DNA of 64,000 bases from Octopus vulgaris. Lineage: Eukaryota. A program made the position numbers and the translations under genes. The notes beneath the pieces were generated by a model. The model made no database searches and had not been told where the DNA came from. It saw only the letters and a list, made by a program, of their open reading frames with translations. Positions 36,807 to 50,250 of the stretch are shown here, one piece after another (the first letter of the stretch is position 1; the number at the start of each line of letters is the position of its first letter). Where the stretch lies: NCBI GenBank assembly GCA_951406725.2, contig OX597815.1, forward strand, positions 102,424,001 to 102,488,000. Reading direction: 5' to 3'.

Positions 36807-37475
36807 ATGAATCAGTCAATGTCTGTAAAGAACGTAGCACTCATCCTTATTGATCTACAGAATTCATTTATCACTGGAAGATGGATGAGGTATTTTGGCG
36901 AACAAGACATTACAAAGATTAGATCCTCATTCGATAACTGCTTATCCCTTTTAAAAGTTCTGCCACCGGAATTACCAGTATTATTCACTAGGGTGCCATT
37001 TGGTAGAGAGTCTGATTTTCAATTCTTTGATGGAATTGATTCAATTGTTGCTGAGAGAAAATATAAATGTATAATCAAATCAGATACAAACATTATGGAT
37101 GCTGATGGCATTAAAAACTGGATGGATATGATAATGAGAAGCGAAATATCAACTGTTGTCATTGGAGGATGTGTGACAACAAGCTGTGTTCGAAACTCTT
37201 CCAGTAATCTTGTCAAACATTATAAAAATATATCTGGTGCCCCAAATTTTATTGTTGATTTAAACTTATGTGCTGCTCGTAACCAAAATTATATACCACG
37301 CTGTTCTCTCTGCATGAACAAATATCTAAATGGAGTTTCGGATTTCTTTTGTGGGCAATGCGAGACCCTGGGTGAACCCTTAGAGTCACCAGTTGACAGA
37401 GCTGTGTCAGATATGCAAAACGCTGGTGTTATTGTAGTAGATAAATTTGAGTGGGAATCTTTGATTAGCAAATAG
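36807..37475 (+). CDS. Isochorismatase-like (cysteine hydrolase superfamily) protein, 222 aa from the first in-exon ATG, with CxxC..CxxC insertion
   Basis: ALILIDLQNSF (catalytic Asp), IIKS (Lys), VVIGGCVTTSCVRNS (nucleophile Cys), IVDLNLCAA, AVSDMQNAGVIVV; pyrimidine tract and AG acceptor at 36798-36799 just before ATG 36807; AATAAA at 37519-37524; an upstream coding exon cannot be excluded. Confidence 0.9.
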   Translation: MNQSMSVKNVALILIDLQNSFITGRWMRYFGEQDITKIRSSFDNCLSLLKVLPPELPVLFTRVPFGRESDFQFFDGIDSIVAERKYKCIIKSDTNIMDADGIKNWMDMIMRSEISTVVIGGCVTTSCVRNSSSNLVKHYKNISGAPNFIVDLNLCAARNQNYIPRCSLCMNKYLNGVSDFFCGQCETLGEPLESPVDRAVSDMQNAGVIVVDKFEWESLISK

Positions 37476-37799
37476 AATTTAATTTCATCCATTAGTTGTT
37501 CTCAAATTGTTATTTAGCAAATAAATATTGATTAATGGCTGTATGTAATTAATAATTTTTGTAATAACTATTTTTATAAGCATATTTGTCTATTTATGTA
37601 ATTATAATGAAACTTTAATATAATTTTATCCAATTTTTGTTTATATTTCATGGAACAATATTCTTGATTGTAAATTATAGAAATAACCAAGAAGAGAATT
37701 TCTTCTGTTTTCTTCTGTTTAATATCACCATCGGATCCTTATCTTGTCATTTTGTTAATTTATCTAAAATAATTGCAATTACTGATCAATATTCATCCT

Positions 37800-38928
37800 T
37801 CATCTGCGCTTTTTCTCAACATTTTAATTCTTTATCCCTAATCCTGATATAATTTCCCTTAATACTAATACACTCTGCCTTAATATTTGGATATGCTGCC
37901 ATGCTACAAGTAATTTCTATCTTAATTATGGTACACTTTGATTTGATCATAGCGTAATAATTTTATGCAATTAAAGCATAATAACAATGCTGTAATTGCT
38001 ATATGCTATTGGTGTTATAATTTTCTTTGCATGCTACATATTTTGCATCTATAGAGTGATATCAATGTAGACTAAAGACTCATTTAAGCCAACTTCTCAC
38101 ACATCAACTAACATAATCTCATCTAATCCTTGTTTAGTCTCCTATAATCCTACATCACTGACTGAAGATCTGTATATTGTACCTCAGTGCTAGTATATTC
38201 TGCTCTAATGCTAATAGACTCTTCTTTAATGTTGTGTATGCTGTCATAATGAATGTATTCTGTTGTAATACCTCAATCCTTTTTACAATTCATTAACATT
38301 GCATCATACTACCTTAATTTAGTATACTTGGCCTTAATCCTAAATTAATCTGTCTTAATTTGAGTATACTTAACCTAATTCTTACTATGCTCTGCCTTAA
38401 TTCCAGTATAATCTGCCTTACCTTGAATATAGTTGGCCTTAATCCTACTGTATTCTGCTTTAATGCTATTATCTACTGCCATGACCCTTGTATACTATAT
38501 CTTATTACTTGTATATTTTGCCTGTGCTTTAATAAAAGTATATCCTGCCTTATTACTAATATATTCTGCATAATTTTATAATATACTGCATGAACTGTAG
38601 TATACTCTGCCATAACCCCAGTGTACTCTGTTGTAATACAACTATGCATTGGATACAAAATTCAATGTATAGTTGTATTAATGCAGGATTAAGGGAGAAC
38701 TCTCTACCCTAATACTAGTTCTCTAGTCATAACTTTAGTAACTAGTATATTCTCCTCCAATATTAGTACAACACTCTGTAATCCAATTACATGCTGTCTT
38801 GATCCTTGTATAATCTGCAGTAATTCTTATACACTCTGTCTTAAAATTACTATACTCTAATCCTATCTTAGTATACTTTCCCTTAGCTCAAGCATACATT
38901 AATTCATCTCTTGTAGAATCTGCCTTAA

Positions 38929-38960
<32 letters not shown>

Positions 38961-39046
38961 CTCTACTTTAATATTTGTACATTCTGCCTTAAAACTAGTT
39001 CATACTATCTTAAATTTGACCTAATACTATACTAGAATACTCTGCC
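37800..39046 (-). pseudogene. Degenerate 21-bp tandem array reading as heptads (I-K-A-E-Y-T/S-R/S); possible decayed coiled-coil ORF
   Basis: Consecutive 21-mers such as ccttaattccagtataatctg, ccttaccttgaatatagttgg, ccttaatcctactgtattctg; minus frame SIKAEYSRIKANYIQGKADYTGIKAEHSK with scattered stops. Confidence 0.55.
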
Positions 39047-39050
39047 TTAA

Positions 39051-39235
39051 CCCTTTTGATGCACACCCACCTAAGACTACCCTTTATTCTATGATACAAA
39101 CTTCCTGATTTTAAGTGATCTAAGTTAAACCCTTCCATCAGAATTTTCTGTTAATTCATTCTCCAAAACGTTATCTTAATAAGGGTCAAGATTTTTATTG
39201 ATGAATTTTTTCATTATTTTCAAAATTAAGTAAAA
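39051..39235. mobile_element. Truncated piggyBac-type MITE (tentative)
   Basis: Begins TTAA|cccttttgat, like the 8275 element; right TIR not found. Confidence 0.35.
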
Positions 39236-40699
39236 TGATGATCACAATCTTCATTTTTTAGTAATAAAATTGAGGCAATAAAAGACTGAGAATCATTAGT
39301 CCCATAGTTATGAGAATAGCAAGACACACTGCATCAGATGACAGAAAGAAACACAGGGAGAAGAGACAACCTATGATGTCCTATTTATTTTTAGGAGTGG
39401 CTCAATAAACTTTAGCTATAAACACAATCCAAACAGACAACCTCTATGTAGTTGCTTGACTGTAAAATGCTGCCATCAAATCTTTCTCTAATCACATATT
39501 GCTGACCATAAAGAAAAGAAAAATGTTTTTGAAAGGGGGAAAAACCGTTTGAGATAGTCATGGTTGGAAGGCCTTTAATCTAAGATCTGCTTGCTCAAAG
39601 TTGGTCTAGAACTCATAAACAACAGCAATACCATATATAAACATACTAATGTAGTAATGACTAACCAGTGTGAACGAGACTGAGGCATTGAATGTCAATC
39701 ACTAGCAGCGTTGGGATTATTTCAGCCTTCTGTCAGTTCTTGTCGTGTTTTCAAAACATCAGTTGACTTTGAAAATGTAAAAGTTCCTGACCTCAGCAGC
39801 TTCCAGTTGGCAAGACTCAGTGTCTGCTCACTTGATGTTAGCTTTGATCTTATCGTTCAATATATTCTATACATTCTAAAGTACATTAATGCAGTTTGAG
39901 AATTATTATGTGTTGGAGTATGAGAGTTTTATGTAGTTATAAGTATAAATTAATCAGTTTAGTAGATATAAATGTCACTCATATATATTTAGATAATTGG
40001 AAACCAATATACCTATGTGTGTGTGTATTTCTCTCTCTCTCTCTCTCTCTCTCTCCACACACACACATCTATACACACATATACATACATGTACTGCTGC
40101 ACAGACGTATCGATGTTTGTCTTCATAGATGTAATTCTTAAGGATTCTTTTCCTATGCATAAGCTCAAAATCATCTCGGAATATTGCATGAAGAAAAAGT
40201 CTTGGGTTCGAATACCCATGGAGTATAATAGCAAAGATTTAAGCGGTGTTGAAACATTGGGTGTTCTTATGGAGCAGTAGAAAAATAAAAGTATTAGTGT
40301 AAGGTTCAAAAGCGTTCTTAGTTTATGATGTCGACCATTCCGATTTTCTTTAATTTTCACTTTCTTTAAGTTCTCTCAGTCCTCTTTTCACAGTTTTTGC
40401 CTTTTACCCTCTCCAAGTCTTTATCTATATCACATCCTTTCTCAGTGCCCTTTTTTAGGCGTCAAAAAGAAAATTTTACCTGTTGGAATACTGAGGTTAT
40501 TAAAATGCCTGATTTAGAAATCGTATCTTCTACGATTTTGTATGCTGCTTTGAATACCATGGAAAGTTAACAATTTATTTTGAAATGTTTCTCATAAATT
40601 TGTTTCTATCTATAAAATATTCAGGTGTTACAGTATATGAACTGGACTGTTAATTTTCATAATTTTTCATATACATGCACATACCCCCACATATGTGTG

Positions 40700-40888
40700 T
40701 ACATGTACATACATACATACATACATACATATATACATACATACATGTATGTGCGTGTGCATTAGTGTGTGCAAATATCTATATATCTATCTGTCTGTCT
40801 GTCTATGTATGCATGTATGTATGCATGGATGTATGTATGTATGTATGTATGAATCCATCCATCCATCCATCCATCCATCCATCCATCC

Positions 40889-40957
<69 letters not shown>
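40700..40957. repeat. Compound (CATA)/(TATG)/(CCAT)/(CTAT) microsatellite
   Basis: Direct observation. Confidence 0.95.
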
Positions 40958-40958
<1 letters not shown>

Positions 40959-42084
40959 AAGGAGATGAATGGCGTGTTTGGAGTGGATAAATAATGCATT
41001 TAAATGTGATTGACGGAAAGTGTATTATAGTGATCGTAAAACAGGCAAGAAGGGAATGGTTTAGTTAAAGAAAAACAGTGGAAAGTGTGAGTAGGTTATA
41101 TAATGATCAGGTTTAAAATTGGAATAATGTAAGAATATATATAATTGGAGGAAATTTGTTTGAAAATTTATGTCTTAAATGCGTATTTATGTACGTGTGT
41201 TTTTAGGTGGTGGATTTAGATTTGGCAATATGTCTTAAATGCGTTGGAAATTAAATAGGTTGATGCAGAAGTTACCTCAGTTTATTCGCATTAGCTTACA
41301 AGACGAAGCAACAGTAATAAATATAATTTCAGTATATTATTAGAGGCAAAAAGATAGCATTTTCGTCATTTTGGTTAATAGATATCCTTAAATCCTTAAA
41401 AATGTTTTTAAAATGTTTTAAAACTGTTTTAGCCCGTAATGTTTTAGGTAAAAGACAGTATAAAATGTAAAGTACTTAATTCGCTGAGTGGATAAGTGTT
41501 TTCTTGATAACTTTTGTATATTTCAAAATGAATTCAAACAACAGCCAGTACAAGGGAGAACAAGTTCTGATTATTAGCTGAAGGATCGAAAACTTGAAAC
41601 TCGAAGTACTGCAAAATTATATGACTTTCATTTATAAAGTATTAACGAATACTCTATCTTCCGTAATTTATCACTTCTCGACTTTCCGTCTTCCCACTTT
41701 TACTCGCTTTATATCTCTGTACTTTCCTTTTTAAGTCCTATAGGACATCTTTTTCATTTCGCGCTACTTCTACTCATGTCTTTTCTTAAGCCTTTATATT
41801 TACGTACATATCCGTTCATATATGTACCAACTACCTGCGTCGTTTTCCATTATGTTTCGTTCGCATTCTGTTGTCGTTCATCGTTTGTTTATGTTCGTTC
41901 ACTTATCCTACCAGCTTTTTTTCTGTTTACTATGGTATCGATAATGACGCAAAACTGCTATGAGCTTTGGTCGATAACGGGTTGAACTCTTCCACCTCTT
42001 GTAAATGAATTTTCTGTAGGTTCCTTTGTCGTCCTTCTGTGCAATTTCTTTCTACTCTTCTATGTCTGTCTGTCTGTCTGTCTC

Positions 42085-42158
<74 letters not shown>

Positions 42159-43399
42159 AGTGTGTGTGTGTGTGTTAAACTAAAATAACTAAACATAAAT
42201 AAACATTGAGCTTAAACTATTTGAATATAATTAATATTCCGATATAATGTATATCACCAAAAGAGCGACCACTCGAACGTTGCATATGTAAGGTAGCGGA
42301 CAAAATGACACAAATTGCATTGAGTCAAAGTGAAAAGTAAATAAATAATCGTTAATAATCGGTAGATGTGTTTCATTTAATTTAATATAATTTTTAAACA
42401 AATATAGTAAACCAGAATATAATAATAATGTGGGATAATAATGTTTAATTTACTTAATGAATGCTTTGGAAATGTTCTGCAACGTGTGACATACGTCAGA
42501 TAAACCCCTGTAAAAAACGATTTAGATTGTCTGATGTGCTATACTTGGCCCGGTATTTACTTATTACGTGGCTCTATGTCCCTCCTTTTGTATTTGTAAT
42601 TTTAATCCTTTCATTTTGTCCGCCAACTCTTATGTACCGACTTCAAAAGATTACCAGTGAAAGATACATAAATAATAGATCACTAAATTATAAAAAAAAT
42701 GACAATGAAAATATTAAAAAAAAACATGAATGAGTGTAAAAATTAATTATTAAAAGCATGCTATCTGTTGTGAACATTAAGTACTAACGATGAGTAATTA
42801 CTGCATATTGAGTTTAAATATAGAAAAAAAAATTATATTCTAGAAATTTATTGAATGTAATTTATTATAGTTAGTCTAATTATTTTTATAAAATAGGCTA
42901 TAAATTGATATGGGTATATATTATTAATTTGGTAATATGTCCTTTTTCAATCATATCTTTCAACACACACACACACACACACAACTACATAATCTCACAT
43001 ATGTGTGCAGTCTTTATGACTTCAAAAGATCAATGAACATGTGCATTAAGGTATAAATATAAACAAAACATACACAATATACTAAAAAATTTTATTAATT
43101 CAATATAAAATCTGAAAATGCTATGAAATACTGTTACTATAGCCAATGAAGAGTGTGAAGAGTTGAATGGTGACTGCTTACGTGAAGTGGGAATACAGAA
43201 TGTTGGTTGTAGTTGGTGTAGCTTAAAGTATACATAATAAGGTTTAATAAAAAGTAATATTAAGTGACAGAAAGGGGGGAAAAAGATGACATGGTTTTAA
43301 GGAATAGGTTTAGTATAAAGTATTGTGTACTGTATATGGTTGAAATTACTAAAATAATGGCTATCTAAAATTCTTATTAGAGCTATATTTTTAGAACAG

Positions 43400-46300
43400 C
43401 TATGTCTTGGGTCTCGTTATTCTGAGTTGTCCTTCATTCTCATGAAATAGAAAGTGTTTGTAGACTCATGGTTTATGATAATATTGGTTGATATACTTCA
43501 TAGATAATCATATTAACGCTTAAATAATGGGAAGTTCTGTGGCATATTTTATATCTAATTGAAAAAATATTTGATGAAAATACAATCGACGTTAAAAAAC
43601 TATAATTTAAAATGAATTACTTGTTAGTGTTATTATTAAGGTTGTTACGATTGCCTATGACAATTATATCTTATATAAGATTAATCATATTCTTAGAAAT
43701 AGCCCTTATAACTAAGGGTATTTATAGGTCTAAGAATATAGTTAAGTTCGTTAATGCTGGTGGCCTTTGATTAGTTAAATTGGTTGAGTTTTATGAATAT
43801 GGGTGATGCGATTGATGAAACATTGGATGTAGGTAGTTTTACGAAGCTCACCACAGCCGAAAGAATGCTGATATAAACATTATCCTACAGTCGTGAAAAC
43901 CCATTGAATTTTATGATAATTCTAACTAGTTTTCAAAGCTCACAAAACCAGTCCTTTATTGTTGTTTGCTGGGATCAATGCAGGTGATTGTCTTGAAATA
44001 CTGGTTGATGCAAATTTTGTTCTGTGTATCATGTAATGAATGAGTTTCCTCTTATATATATATAAATATATAAACCTTGATATTGATGCGTAATCTTATT
44101 CGTCTCAATAAACAATTTACTCAGTGGTTTCTTAACAACTATTGAAATAAATAAATTTTGCCAACTTGGGGAAACAATTATTGAAGCATAGAAATCTAAC
44201 TGAAGCCTTCACTGTTCCAAGCATCAACTAATACCTGATTAGTGTACACTTCGAAGACAGATCATTGAAATTTTCTTCATAATTTCTCAGAGGCATCTAA
44301 AATCCAACCTCTAAAACTATCTTTGTTTTCAAGCATTATTTCAATTTCAGTACTTAGCATCATTTCCAATTGCACCACCTTAGATAATCTTTTCTACTCT
44401 AGGCACAAGACACGAAATTTTTGGGGCGGTGGGCAGTCGATTAGATCGATCCCAGTACGCAAGTGGTACTTAATTTATCGACCCCGAAAGGATGAAAGGC
44501 AAAGTCGACCTTGGCGGAATTTGAAACCAGAACGTAAAGACAGACGAAATACCGCTAAGTATTTCGCCCGGCGTGCTATCGTTTCTGCCAGCTCGCCACT
44601 TTGCACCACCTTAGATAATGTAGAAACTTTTGAACGCTAATGTAACAACCAAAAATTAAAGTTTTGCAATTGTCCTTCTCTCCAGACACAGTCAACAATA
44701 AGGCCGGTCTATGCATAACTGCTTTATCTCATTAGAAAAAACTTTCAAAAGTTTTAATTTTAAGAAAGTTACTGCCTTAGAGAATAGGGGTGAAAATAAT
44801 TTCATAATTGGTCTCTATAGGTGACTTGAAAACATCACTCTACAAACATTTCGATACAAGCTCGAGTTCACGTACAACTTTACAACAGTGCTTATGGTCA
44901 AAATTTCTCAGCATTCATCAGTGATCCTACATGGCAAGGATTCTTTCAGCAGGCAAGATGAATGTGTAGTTATACAGTCTCCACGCGAGAAAATTATCCT
45001 AAAAATTTCAACTGTCATTTCAGCGTAGGTAAATGGCGTCAACAAAATAAATACCCTACACGAGAAGCAATTTGCCATAAATGTAGTAAGAGAGGACACT
45101 TCTTTTAAGTATGAAAAGGTTCCTTTATTTTCAATTCTACAATAGATACTTTTCAAAATAACTTTCTGTAATGGAACAACCTGTAGAATTTGGTGAATTT
45201 GGTCATTTCCTATGCTCTTTTATTCCTATAGTGATTAGATATGTCAAGTTACGTGCTCTTCTCAACGGAGGTAGAAGTTTCAGCTTTATCAACTCATCAT
45301 TCGTCGATTGTTACTGTTACTTTTCCCTGTTGAGAAATGTAATATATTTATTTCTCTTACATCTTTACTAATGTCACTATGAATGAGAAATGTGTGTAAT
45401 GTATCTTATCTCTTATTCTGAAAGATAATGAAAAACTGCTGGCAATTCGTAATCTCAGTTCAGATACGATTGTCAGTGCTGACTTCTTGTTTTGACACAA
45501 AGCTATTGAAATTGTATTGAAAGGAAAGGAAGACCCTCAAGTATTACGTCCGTTCAAATAAATGAGAATCAACCTTAGAAGAATTTTCAAACATATTTCT
45601 GAGTCGATAAGGCTTATCACTAAAACTCAGAGAAAATATCTTTTGCATGAAAAAGAATTGATATTACGAAGAATAATTATAAGGATTCTTACCGAAGGGA
45701 TTATTCAAAAGTTTCACTTTTTCTGGCGCGCCCAAGTTGAAGTCGAATAAACAAAGGACGTATAATTATAGATTTTCTAAAGTCATAAATCAATTTGCTA
45801 ATCTCGACACATATATAGCAGAATGAATGACGGTCAATGTACTAAAATAGAAATTTCTCTCAAAAATTGACTTGAAGAGTGTTCACCACTTTCTGCTTTT
45901 GCATGATAATGGTAGAAAATATGCTAGATCTGATTCAAACTCTAAACTTTAACAATTCAAGAAGTCTCCTTTGGGATTCCTCAACACGTAACAGTTTTTC
46001 AAAGAATTGGGGATGATATAGTATCATAAAATTGTCTAACCGATACCTTTAGATATTTGGATGGCATTATCATCAGTGGATTAGTTGACTGTAACTTAAA
46101 AGAGTTCCTTGAATTTATAAAAACCTAGGTTATTGTACAAAGGTAAGTCCGGATAATGATTTAACGTTTGTGTTACTAGATACATTACGATTCACTAAAG
46201 CCAGATATTAAACGATTCGACAATTTTATGAAAATGAGACAAGTATCTAACCCCAAAGAAGCGCAAAAGATCAACAGAATATTTCCATAAGTGAATATCA

Positions 46301-48200
46301 AATTACAAGTTGGTCAGCCTCTATTAAGTGAAAACCAGTTCCCACTTAACGAAGCCCTTCATTGCTTTGAATTATTGAAACGCATTATTTGAAGATCTTG
46401 CCTAGCTTTTTCTAGCTCTTTTTTTATTGATGAATGTTTAACTTTTACATTGCAAATTCACGCTTCCACAAAGACTCATGCTGATACTTTGATGCAGCTG
46501 CTTTTCTTTATTTCTTTGTCGAGTTTAAGCGCAATAGCTTCTATTCACATTATCTCTTTTGTTATTAATTCTATTTCGATATTTTATTTAACCAGTTTGT
46601 GTAAAGAAAGAATAAAAAACATGATGTTTCAATCAAGAAAAGAGAAAAGTAAAAATAAAAAGCATTTGTACTATTTTTTGTGCCTAGCTTCGAAAGATTC
46701 CGTACAGAGTATACACAAAGGATTTTTACAAATTAACACTTTTATCTTTAGGCTTACTCAGTTTGAGTTTCTCCAGTTAGATATAATTAACAATGTAATA
46801 ACTGTTACATTCTTTTCACGATCACTTAAATGTGAGCAATACCATTCTTCCGTGGAAAAAGAAGATGCTGCTATTGTGCAGTCGGTTCATAAATAGCAGG
46901 TAATTTTTTTCATCTTATAAACTATTCAGATGGTGACTCGAACTTGTAGCTATTGACTAGAAAATTTCATACCGAACGGGTTAAAATGCCTATCTATGAT
47001 ACCATCTCCGGTTGATACTTTGTAAATTACTATTTTAGCTTCATCAAAATAGTTGACATCCAGGAGTTAGAAGAAAACCAAAATGTTTGCGATAACAATC
47101 TCTCCTTCGCATTGGATGAGTATGTGCAACTTGTTAAAATTTCTGCGAATTTAAACTTTGCTTTTTACAAAGGATTTCCTTTCAAACGATTAAAGCCGCT
47201 CGACCTTTAAATGACTTTCCATTGATTTCACAGGACTGTAGATAAACAAGATTTCAAGATTCCCTTTTGATTACATCTGCAAAGATGCTACACCAGGCAA
47301 CTTGCTAAGAAAACATGTCTCTAATTTTGCTATTTTTAGAAATCCATCTACAGTACATTTGATCGTATCATTCAGTTTGAATTCCATGAGTTTTTCTCTT
47401 TTCTTTGTTACATCGAAAAGATTACATTCGCAGACTACGCAGCATGGCTCTGTTGGTAACGTTCAATGTAAGAGATTTTATGGAATTATCCGAAAGGTAA
47501 TGAGGTTGTGCTTCCATAAGTAAATTGTCTGAATCTCATTAGGAAGATATTTTAGATTCTCCCCGTATTTACGGTTGACATTAATATGGACTATGACCAA
47601 CAAAGCTCCTCATGTATATCTAAAGCATTTTAATCATGGGACATCCATTCTTGCTCTCTTACTTAAATGGTTAACAATAGCGAACATATTCGGTCCTATT
47701 AAAGAAATATATTTGTCAATTTAAAATAGATCCTTTGATAAAATCGCTACAACTTATGTAATGAAAAAGAAAATAATACTTCGAAGTAAGACTTGATATG
47801 ATCTCAACAAGTGATTTGTCCTCTTTTGGTTCTTGTGAAGATCCCACTTGACAATTCGACGTTATAACTGATAACACTAAACATTCCAGCTCTAATAATA
47901 ATGATATAAATTTACCTGAATTTGATGCTAAATGTCAAATAACTATTGCTTTCCTAAAGGAAACTATGAAAGTAACGTATCGTCTCCGTCTCAGACATTG
48001 AATTACTTCAATTCACTGCTTGCCTTTAAAATAATCTATTATCATTTTCTCGTTTTGTATTTCGAGTCTCCAGAGAATGTTGTAAAATATGAGTCAACAT
48101 AACTATTGATATTTTATTTAGATCATGCAGCGATCAAGTTCTCGCTTTTATAAAACTCGGATACTGAGTGGTAATTTTATTCACTTTAGCAAACGATTTA
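43400..48200 (-). mobile_element. Heavily decayed BEL/Pao LTR retrotransposon internal region
   Basis: Minus-strand remnants in the expected order: gag-like (~47650), RT YR..ISSPIL (~46000), RNase H FMAN.SRV..LTP (~45050), integrase TKFAS..KIQWVF (~43900-44030); LTRs not located. Confidence 0.5.
44389..44600 (-). mobile_element. Young SINE family A with a perfect 19-bp TSD
   Basis: ttgcaccaccttagataat at 44370-44388 and 44601-44619. Confidence 0.92.
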
Positions 48201-49419
48201 ATCTGTTAGTCCGTAGCGGTCATAATCCTTGCTAGATTATTAATTTTAAACGTCTAAGCTACCGGATTCTATTCATTTTATACAATCTATTTTTAAAGGG
48301 TTTTACAGAGATGACCGTCGTTTATTATTATGGAATTTCAATTCACAGAATACATAAAATTATTGATAATTTGTTAAAAATTTAATTTTTTTCCTTTAGA
48401 GTAAAAGTCCACCTAAAAATCGTAGTGCTTTCACTTCACCTTAATATTTTTCAGTATTCATTATACGAAAAGCTGAATAAAAAATACAAGATGCCCATAA
48501 ATCATTATACTCCCAAATAATTCAAACAAGAGTCCAGTAATATTTGTAGCTTCAAGACTCTAATTTATCTTCCAATGAGCAAACATTTATTATCCGCTTA
48601 TAATAAAACATTTGACTTAGAAATGGAAATACGAAAACGGAAATAGAATAATTATAAAAACTAATTCAAACGACTCACCGTAGTAAAATATCAACTGTGT
48701 GGCAAAATCAACCCGTTTTATTTAGGGGTACTAAATTAAACATTTTTCTGCGAATAATAGCAGACTTCTAAATAAAAATGATATAAAAATGTTTCCCATA
48801 AAGGAGCTATTAATAACAAACATATTTCAAATGCATTGTCAGCAAACTCTTATACACCAAAGCATAATTGTATCGGCAACAAAATACTGGTCCCTAAAAA
48901 TCAAAGAGTCGGTAATATTTTATATCGGATTTATGACAAACACGTTTAAATCAGTGTTTTATCAGTACTTATATTTTCAGAGACCAGAATAAGAAACCCG
49001 GCACGTCGCTTCCGAATCATGTATGGGATACATAGTCGAATAATAGATCTTTTAATATACATTGGGAAATGCTATGCTCTGAAAAATCTTACATCACCAA
49101 TAAAACGTTTTGTCATCTCTGTATTTCTGAATCCTATCAAATCATATTTCTTTACTTCTGTCTACTTAACCGTCACTCAGAATTATTGTCATTGTCCAGA
49201 TATAGAATTTTCAGAGTATTAAAATAACTTCCTATATGGAAAGTCACTTCTAACAAAATGTCAAGGAAGAGGCCTCAAGCAGCCACTTGGTTTGTTGGGA
49301 GATATGATAAGAAAAAAAAACTCTAACGAGAAGCTACCTAATAAACCTTAAAATGATCAACACAACATTTAGAACAAGTTTCTATCTGTTAGGAAAAACA
49401 AAAGAAAAAACAAAACAGA

Positions 49420-50250
49420 AAAGAAAAGAGTTTCTATTCTAGTAGAAACTCTTTTGCAAGAGGGAACAACAATAGTCAAAGAATGATAATTAGTAGAGAG
49501 ACGTACTTTTCAATTTTAATCTGAATAAGAAAAACAAGAGATGACAGTTCAGCAGAACAATGATCATATAAATATTTATAGAAGAGTGTTAAAGAAGCAG
49601 AATCTTGGCTATAAGAGACAGTATTGGAATTTAGCTGCTAAAATGTGATCAAGAATATTAGAAACTCGGTTTTGAACTGACTCACAGAGTGAAAATACTC
49701 CAGCTGAAGTACCAATCTAGTTTTGACAAGAGTATTTCATGCAAAGATGAATAAACGACTTATCAAGATGAAGATTATGCTCAGGGAAAGATAATGGGTT
49801 CTATATAGACTATCGACCTTCATAGGGAATAATAAACCAATAGATCTAATACAATCATTCCAAGTAACATCATTAGAAAAAGTTAAACCCAAAAAGTGAA
49901 GATTAGAAGGCACAGGAAAACCGTCAGTTTTCTTGTAAAGTTCAAAGGAAAGAAGTATAGTTTTCGCCGAGTTAAATGTAGTCCCCCAATCAATCACTAA
50001 ATGCAGCTGACGCTCAAGAGAACCAGTCATTTCCACCCGGTCATACAAATCATACCTCTTATTTAAGCAAGAGTGCAAAGAAGTCTTAACAGTAAAGTTA
50101 GTAAGGTTAGATATGATATCTTCCGGAACATCATTAAAAAACAACCAAGAACAAGATCGGACCAAGACTAGACATTTAAAAAACTCAAAGTAAGTAGAAG
50201 AATGAAGCCATGTAAAACATCATTAATGCTACGATCATCTAGAAAAGATC
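49420..50250 (-). mobile_element. CR1/Jockey-group LINE RT fragment, decayed
   Basis: LFFNDVPE..VIDWG..FNSAKT..FLGLTFSNDVTWNDCIRSI..KVDSLYR. Confidence 0.6.
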
